This document shows positions 26,201-35,200 of a stretch of 46,079 bases of DNA, piece after piece. The notes under the pieces were generated by a model, which saw only the letters and a list, made by a program, of their open reading frames with translations, made no database searches and had not been told where the DNA came from. The first letter of the stretch is position 1. Each line of letters starts with the position of its first letter. Made by a program: the position numbers and the translations under genes. This DNA is from Prorocentrum cordatum (lineage: Eukaryota), in assembly GCA_963575745.1 (NCBI GenBank), contig CAUYUJ010000192.1, positions 620,001 to 666,079 on the forward strand. The letters are read 5' to 3'.

Positions 26201-29200
26201 GGGAACCGTGGAGTGGGGCCATCACTTGGGGGCTTAAGCTGTTGGTCTAGTTTGACATCAGGGCGGCCAAACACTAGCCTTTTTATAACTTACGCCGAGG
26301 GCTAAGAGCACACCACCACAAAAGAGAACTACAACAATCAGCGCTCGGCCCTGCTCTCGAATTCGCCCCCACGTGACGCCAGGGACCACCATTCTGCAAA
26401 ATGTACTGAGCAACTGTACGTCAATACATCAACACATGTCTTCGTCAAACGGGTTCGCAGACCTCCATCGCATCAAAACCAAGAGACATAACCGAGGTAC
26501 ATATTTCTCAGCAAGTCCTGAAGTATGGATGGGACTCTGGTTCGCGGTATCATTGATGCATGTTTCCCGAAGTTTTTAGATTTCAAGCCTGCCACTTCGG
26601 CACCCTCGTGCTCCTCCTCGCGTGTTGCTCCTCCCCATCATCGTGTTCCTGGTGCTCTTGCAACCCAACTTCATCGGCCTCCCCTTTCCTCTTGTCATCC
26701 TCATCCTGCTGCTGAAGCTCAACCCTTTCTGAACAGTCTCCTTTTTCTCGTCTCCCTTTCCCGACATCATACTCAGCATCGTCCCCCCTCCTCGGACAGA
26801 AACCTCATCTTCCTTCCTATTTGCCCATCCTCCAAACATCTCATTAGTTGAGTCCTCAGCATAATCTTCTTGCTCCTCCTCATCCTGCTCCTCCTCCTCC
26901 TCCTCCGCCTCCGCCGCCTCCTCCTCCGCCTCCTACTCCTACTCCTCCTCTTCCTCCTGCTCCTCTTCCTCATCGTCCTCCTCCTCCTCCACCTCTCCCT
27001 CTTCCCTCTTCGCTGCGCTCCCTTCCTCCTCTCGGGGCAGACGCCGCGGGGAGGGCAAGGGGAGGCTGACGCATCAGCTGCAGGTCGATGGTTGTCCCAG
27101 TGGCCCCCAGTGCCGGAAGCTGCAGAACATCAAGGAACGCGGCATAAGCATAAACATTCGAAGGTCCGCGCAGATTCCTGGGATCGGCGCTGGACCCCCC
27201 ATCCCTGGCGCGCGGAGCGCGCCAGGGGCGGCACCGGAAGCGCCGCTGGGGGGGCGCCCAGCGCAGATCCGAGAAATCCGCACGGAGCTCCGACAGCTTG
27301 CAGTCGGACCTGGGACAAAAAAGAACATCCTTCAAGAACATGGGACCTTCCGCCAGCCAAAACACGCAAAATGTCCAAGGGTACCCTTCCCCAGGATGCA
27401 CGACGACATCCGACAAACACGAAGAGCACGAGGGTACCCTCCCCGAGTCGACCTCGACCTTAGACCTCGGTCCGCCGCACACGCAGCGGGCGCCTTGAGC
27501 TGCTCGGCGGAGGGTCCCCGGCGGCCCCGAAGCCCAGGCACCCACAAGATCCTGCGCGCTGACCTGGGTCGATGCACACCTCGTTTTCTTCGATCCGCCC
27601 ACGCTGCAGACCGGGACCTATAATTACCGTGGGCAGGCTGTCGGCGTTCCGCGGGTGCGCGGCGCGTGAGGCCGCAACCGGGATCGGCCTGCACAGTGTT
27701 TTGGGGTTTTCGCTCCACAGGGGCCAACCTAAACAGTGTTGTTCGTTTTCGTTTTGCTTTCGTTTTCCCTCGATGGCCATGTTGCAAAGCGAAAACGAAC
27801 CGAGAGCGGCCCACGAGATCGCCGAAACCCCGCTCAGGTCAGCCCCTGGGCCGCAAAGAGCGCAAGGGTGAAACTGAGAGCGAGGTGCGAGGCGGGGAAG
27901 CGGTGCTTCGGGGATCTGCTGACCCGGGCCAACCCAAACCCGGGCCAGTCGGGCTCTGCAGGACCCCGCAGGATCCTCCGGAATCCGGCAAGATCCTGCG
28001 CGCTGACCTGGATCGATGCACCCCTGAGGGAGAACGATAGGGGGAACTGGCACATGGGGGGTCCGACGCCGAGGCGCGTGGACACAATTCTAACTGCAAT
28101 GGCGGCAGACAGCGGACTGCCAAGCCACCCCGTCTCTCAGATCTGCTGGTCCAAGAGCAGCACGTCGTTGTACTTGACCAGTCCATTCGTCGGCCTGGAA
28201 TCGGCGATACACCGCCAGTAGATTAGCGATAGGCCCCCGATCGCGAACCCGCACGTTCCGGAGCAGCGGTTGAGGCTCTCGGGCCCCTTCTGGCGATCGG
28301 TGGGCGGCCGGGGGCCGAGGCGTCCCCCCCCTGCGCCTGCACCCACCCGTCGTTGGCGCAGGATCCTGCAGGATCCGGCGCTCTGGCCGACCCCCGCTTG
28401 CACTGGCCCCGTCTCCAGGCTCCCTTTAGCTCGGGCCTGTCCCCCTATAGAGGCCGCTTCGCGAGGCAAACTGACACACTGCCAAAAACTATACCTCAAA
28501 TATATTTCAAAAAGGTATATTTCAAAAAGGGTATATTTCAAAAAGGTATATTTCAAATGTATTTCAAAAAGATATATTTCAAAAAGTATATAACTATACT
28601 TCAAATATATTTCAAAAAGGGTATGGAAAAGTCGAGGACTACTCCCCAGTTCACGCTTCGACCGTTTTTGAATACTCCTCCATGTGGGGCGCCGTGCCCG
28701 GCCAGCCGGGGCGCGCCTGCTTGCCGCTGGCCGGGGCGCCGTCGCTGGCGAGCTTCACGTAGGCCACCTGGCGGGCCGGCGTCCCCTCGGCTGCCCCCGT
28801 CGCGCTCCCGCTGCGGCCGGCTCCTCCTCCCCCTGGCGGCGCGCAGAGGGGGGTAGGGGGAGGGGGAAGGCTTCTTAGAAGCACCCCTGCTTCTCAGGAG
28901 GTGCGGGCCTTCTCTGCAGTTGAGAGGCCGGCGCCTTCTAAGAAGCAGCATCCTTCTAAGAAGCCTTCCGCCCTCCCCCTACCCCCTTCTGCTCGCCGCC
29001 AATCCCCCACTTTTCCGAGCCCGGCGTTGTCGCTCCACTTCGGGCCCGGGGACCGTCACAAATCGATCAGGCTCGAAGACTGGCGCAGAAAGGGGGGGTC
29101 TGGAGGTCCAGTCTTGAGTTTTTGTGAGGGTGCGGGGATGAAAAAAAAGCACGGCTGCCCACCCACCATGCCTAGACCAACTATGCCTATGCAGCAATCT

Positions 29201-32200
29201 GAACACGCTCTTCTGAACCCCGATCGAAGAACGTGGTCGACGAGAATCTGGGAAAATGTGTAAGATCTTGCGGACAAACGTCGGATCTCAGGGTCTGGGG
29301 GGGGGGCAGGGCGGGAGGCAGGGGACGGAGGAGCGAAAGGAGGAGGGGCCAGAGAAGGGGAGGGGCATCTGGCAGAGGGCGGGGGGAGAAGGGAGGAGGT
29401 GGGGGCCCAGAGAATATACACCACCACCACCACCACCACGTCGATCCCTCCTCCCTCCTCTGTCCAGCGAGAGGGGGGGGGGGGAGGGAGGGAGGTGGTG
29501 GTGGTGGTGTATGTTGTTGGCCCCCCAGGAGGGGCAGGAGAAGGGATGGCACGGGTGATGTTTGGCGTCCGGAGGTCCGACGCTCGCTGCGAGGCAGCTG
29601 CGACGTCCAGAGCCCTGAGCCCGTCTTCCTCTGCGGCACCCCTCGAGCCATACAGGGCAGGTTTTAATACATAGGATTTTTAATCATATAGGAGTTGTAT
29701 TACATGATCAATGTATGAAAAATTTAGGCACGAACTCATCTATGTTTTTAATACTAAATCCTGCATTTCTAATACATGATCCACACGCGGAGCGTGTATT
29801 AGAAACGGCACTGTATCAAGATCGGTGAGGGCACCGGAGTCCGAAGCTGGACAGACTGGCCCGCTGCGAAGCGATTCCGACGCCAGGGTCTCAGGGTAGG
29901 GGCAGGGAGGGGGTAGGGAGAGGGGGGAGAGAGGGAGGGAGAGGAGGGGGGAAGAGGGGGGGAAGGGGGGAGAGCCAGCTGGGTGCGCCAGCGTCACATC
30001 TGACGTCCACCCCCTCCCTCCCATCCCTTATCATGGCGTAGATCTCCCATCTTTCCGCACAATCGAACGTCGAGCAGGTCAATGATCACAAGATGGTACG
30101 CGATGGATGGAAACGCATGGCGTAGAAGAGCCCGGCAGAGCATAGCATGTCATAGCATGACGTGGTATTGCGTAGTGAAGCATTGCATCACAAAGCATAG
30201 CAACGCAAAGCATGGCATCGCACAGCGGTGCATAACTCAACATCGGCTTGCATGCCGTGGCATGGCACCGGATGGCTTGGAGGGTAAATAGCCCGTCTGC
30301 GAGAGGACAGAGCCTCTCCGGAATGCCGGCGCCATGCCCTCCGCAACCGTGCCTGCCCGATGTGGGGAGAACGGAAGCGCGGCCATGAGGCCAGCACCGG
30401 CGGAAATGAGACCAGCGCTGCAGCGGGAGCACGATGTCCAAGGGCCGGAGCGCGGGAGCGAGGCCGGGACCAAAACCAACAGGAAGGAGGCCACCGCCGC
30501 AGCGGGACCCCGATCTGGCGCAGATCGCGCGCCCTGGTCGGCCGATTCTCGGCCGACGGCGGCGCTTCGTAGCCTCGACCGCCCGCGCCGGGGGCGCCGC
30601 CGCGTCCACGCGGCGCGAGCCTGCCGCAGGCATCCCACTTCTGGCACACAGAGCGGCTGAAAAGTACGAGAGAGCGGCGCCCCTGCACAGCACCACGCCT
30701 GGGCTCCGCAGAAAGGCCCCGCACCGACGTGGTGGGGTGCACAGTCTTTGGGCTCCCCAGGGGCCGTCAAGAACTGTGCTCCCTGCCACTCCTGGGTTGA
30801 GGGCCGACAAGGCCTCGGGAGACGCCACCGCGGCACGGTGCACGCAGATCGCCCGCGGATCAGAGACAGGGGTCTCGCGCCAGGAGTCACAGCGACACTG
30901 CAGTTCTGGGGGGTCCTCCACTCCTCCTGCTCTCGAGGCAGCTCCTCCCCGTCGCACCACCCGACGTCCGCGCAGGCCAGGCCGGGCGCTTCGCCGGGTA
31001 CGGATCCTGAGGCTCAAGATCTGCAGCAGCTGCCAGGGTGGAGGCCGGTTCCTCTTCAGATCTGGTGTTCGCCGCAGCGCCGCGCACACTTGTCTGACAA
31101 TCGCTTCCAGGATGAAGGATTGCAAAAAAACCTGAACGAAGGATTGCAAAAAAACCCTTTGAACGAAGGATTGCAAAAAAAACCTTCGCAATCCTTTGCA
31201 ATCCTTCGTTTTTGTTGCAATCCTTTGCAATCCTTCGTTTTTTTGCAATCCTTCGGACGGTGCCTTCTCAAAGTGTGGCTCTCGCCTCCGCGCCGCGGGC
31301 ATGCATGCGGCCCAGTGCACCAACACGATTCGGTGCACATCCATCCGACCCAACCCTCAACATCTGAAGGGGATCTGGAACACACAAATAAATACACACA
31401 AATGAAAATATCCCCAATATGTTCCCATATTTTCTGGGTTTCTGTCTTCCCCCCCACTGCCCATAGTTTCGCATATTTTCCTGGTACTCCACGTTTAATT
31501 GTGTCTGTGTTTTTCTCCTCCTGAAACATCATATACAAGACGCCTGACAGAGCACGAGCGCGGGGGGAGGGGAGAGGGGGGAACCCCACCGAGGCGCGCC
31601 TTCTGAGCCCAGTCCGCACGCGCGCCCGAGTTAGGAAACAGTCTGCTCACCTGCCCCACTCCTTGTCCACCTGATCCAATTCCTCTTGGCCCCGACCGAG
31701 GGCGGAGGGAATTCGCGAGCGCCCACCTGCCCTCCCCCTCAACCAGGAGACACCCGCGCCGTCGACCCCACCCAAAGCCTGGACAGGCGAAAAAGTCTGC
31801 TCACATCCGCACGCATCGGCCCTCACCATCCTATTCGGCGCACATCTGCACGACCCACCACTTACAGCCCGATCCCAGAACTACGCTCGGTGCGCATACA
31901 TCCGACCCAACACCAGCCTGTGCCAACCAAGCCATTCGGTGTGCATCCGTACGACACAAACTTCACCACCCCAGATGAGATCCAACCTCGCCCAACCCTC
32001 ACAATCCCATGCGAGAAATGTCGGCCTCCGTGCCACTGGGCACGGAGCGGGCTTGTCCTCAGGCCCTCTGCCAAACCTCTGGGGCCTCCGTCCTGAAACC
32101 TGATGGATGTTTGAGAAGCCCGGACCCCACATCTCGAAGTTTGGATGGGTCTCCTTCGCGCCGCGTGGGCTCCGGGAAGTGCTCCCGCATGATTTTTCTC

Positions 32201-35200
32201 CAGGCGGGCTCAGCGGCCCCCGCGAGCCCTGCGGAGTTCTGCAAACCCCAGCAGGAAGTCGGACTTCAAATAATGTCTGCACCCAGGCCCCCCCAGAGGA
32301 GGTGCCCGGTACCTCAGCCCGCAGGGGTAGGGTCCACAAATGGTCGCAGACTGTGAGTCGTGGCGTGAGGGGACGTCTGGCGCATGCAAGAAGCAAGTCC
32401 TGGAGGAAATGGCGCCCTGGGAAAGCTTCTCCGTTCTGGGGCCCCTGGGTCCACCACGAGCCCCAGGACCGTCAAAAAACTGCTCGGGACGGAGAACTGG
32501 TCATGAGACCCACCGAGGGCATCTTTCCTTCGTGGCGAGAGGACCGAGGATCGAGGACCGAGAATTAGTCACCGTCGTCGTCGAAAGAACGACGAGAATC
32601 AAGGTTCTGGTGCGTCTTTGTGCCTCCTTCGCCTCCTGCGGGGGGGCGTCAGGGGACTTCCCGAGGCCTACGAAGGCACTCTGGACCTCCAAAAACGTCG
32701 AGAGGCAGTCCGATACCAGTAAGGGTTCGAGGCGGGGTGCGGTCCTCACCGGCCCAGGCTTGAGCCCCGCCCCCGCTGATGTTGCATCCCCGTCTCCCCG
32801 AAACCGCCCAGAGCACTAACGCCATCGTGCTATTTTAGAAGGCAACTCCTGGGAGGTCCTCGGCAGAACGGTTCAGGGCTAGTGAGGCTGATTTATCGGC
32901 CAGTGTGAGCCAGGTTTGCACAGGTGAGGCCCAAAATTGACCCAGGATGAAGCCCAGGACCGAGCGGGAGTCGACGGCATCAATCGGGAGTTAGCCGGAT
33001 TGGGCCAGATTTTGACCACGGATATGCCAGCGGACTAAAACCTCCCAGGAATGCTGGACTAAACCTCACAGGAATGCTGCAACCCAGAACAACAGAACAA
33101 ACGCCACAAACATAGACTTTTGGCGCTCCGCGCGGATCTCTTGGATCTGCGCTGGACGCCCCTCCCTCGCGCGGAGCGCGCCAGGGGCGGCGCCAGAAGC
33201 GCCGCCGGTGGGGGCCCAGCGCGGATCCAAGGAATCCGCGCGGAGCGCCAAAAGTTTGTGTCCGTGGCGTTTGTTGATCTCCTGTTGTTCTGGGTTGCAG
33301 CATTCCTGGGAAGTTTCATCCTCGAAGCACAAGTAACGGGCAACGCAGTTTTTCCCCCTCGGAGCAAGCAGCGGGCGACGGGTTGCAGACTTCCTGGGAG
33401 GTCTGCGTCGAACTCCTTCCCCTCGAGAGCAGGGACGGGCGGGCTCTGCCGGCCGCGGCGAGCCCCGGGCCACGAGCGACAGAGACTTGCCCCAGGCCAA
33501 GAGGAATCCCGGGAGCGGCCAAGGAGCTGGGGCCCACACCCGGGATCCCGAGCGAGCGAGCGCTCTTTCGTTCGGCGTTTCGACATCGGGCGGAAGGGGA
33601 GGGGGGGAGGGGGGAGGTCGGGCTCCGAACCTCTGCTCAGTGCGACAGTTTGCGGCAGTGCGGCCTCTGGGGGAGGAGCCCCACCTGCTCGAAACAGGCG
33701 CCACAAACGGCCACGATCTACTCCATGGGAGGGGAGGAGGAGGAGGAGGAGGAGGAGGAGGAGGAGGAGGAGGAGGACGAGGCGGAGGAGGAGGAGGAGG
33801 AGGAGGCGGAGGAGGAGGAAGGGGGGGGTGCTGTCGGCCACGTCGGTCGGAGAGACATGGCCGCTAGCATTCGAGCATTCGAGGAGGGGGGGGTGCGAGG
33901 GCCCGCGCCGAACGGCAAAACAATGAATACAAAACGCCCACCGAGGGGTTCTGTCCTCCCGCTGCATCGCACGGGCGACTGTAGCACTCGGGAGCGCGGG
34001 CGGGAATACCCAAAACTCCCGTCGACGCCACAGATTCCGGTCGGGCATGCCCCTTTACAGGAGGAGTACTCACAAAATGATCAAGAATAATAGGGTGACG
34101 ATGTTTCTACAATTTAGTTGATTATGTTTGAACATATCTTGACCATACTTTAATTGTTCGTCCATGATCCGACTGTAGGAGGACACGCCCGACATAATCC
34201 TGGGTACCGAAGGACGCCCAGAAAATGAGCCCAAGCATATACAAAGAAACAAACACCCTCGAGGGGCATCGCCACACCTCGAACCTTCCTGGCCTCCACT
34301 AGCCGACGCCTGCAACTAGAACGGAAGACGAAGACGAATGAAATGGCCGAAACGGGGCCCGCCTTCCCGCTGGCAGGCGAGGAGGCGATGAGGTACCTGC
34401 AAAGCTCATGGCATCTGAAAAGAACCCGCGGCAACCGCTCCCACGCCAGTGCATCTCTGTCGCTGCCGTCGCTGCGTCAGCACTCGGTACTATTGTGCCT
34501 GCCTCATAAATAAGACCGCCCTCTGCACACCGGTACCAAGCAAAATATGGCAGCATGGCTTATCCTGGATCTGCCCTCTGAATGCAGGCGAGAAAATGTG
34601 GTTGAATTCGCTATTCGCGCAAATACTGGGTCCTGGATGCCATGCTGAACGCCTTGGCCTACCGTTGAATCTCGCAGCGCAGAGTTGTTGTTATCCTGCT
34701 TCGAACCCAACGAGTTCCTCCACCACGAATCCTGCTTTGAACCGCAAGGAGCGGTAACTACGAGGACAGGCCTTCCAATACTGCGGCGAATGGCACAGAC
34801 AGCCAGCACTACTGGAAGACAACTCGATATCAATAAACAGACTCGGAAAAAAAACTACCCTACCAACCCTTCGGGCACAGGTGGTATAACGAGCTCCTCC
34901 TGCTCCTCTTCCTTTCCCTCCTCCTCTTCCTCCTCCTCCTCCTCCTCCTCCTCCTCCTTTCTCCCTCTTCCAAGACCCCTTCTCCCCCGCTTCGGATAAA
35001 GGCTGGGGAAACCAAAAGGCACCGAAACACCTGTCCCGGGGTGCGGGCTGACCAGGATTTCGAGGCGGACCCAGCGGTGGCGACGAGGGCCTCCAGGAGG
35101 GCCCAAACAAACGAGAACTACGGGGAAAAAATGTACTAGCAGTATCGGTACCGTTTTCCTCACCTCGGGAAAAGGGCAACCCGCCCCCTCGCAGGGCCGA

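Noticed and set aside
31651..31690. Exon-like EELDQVDKEWG with AG|gtgag donor in intron 3
   Set aside because: Its phase-2 end is incompatible with exon 4 and the sequence does not fit the propeller; it lies among repeat fragments.
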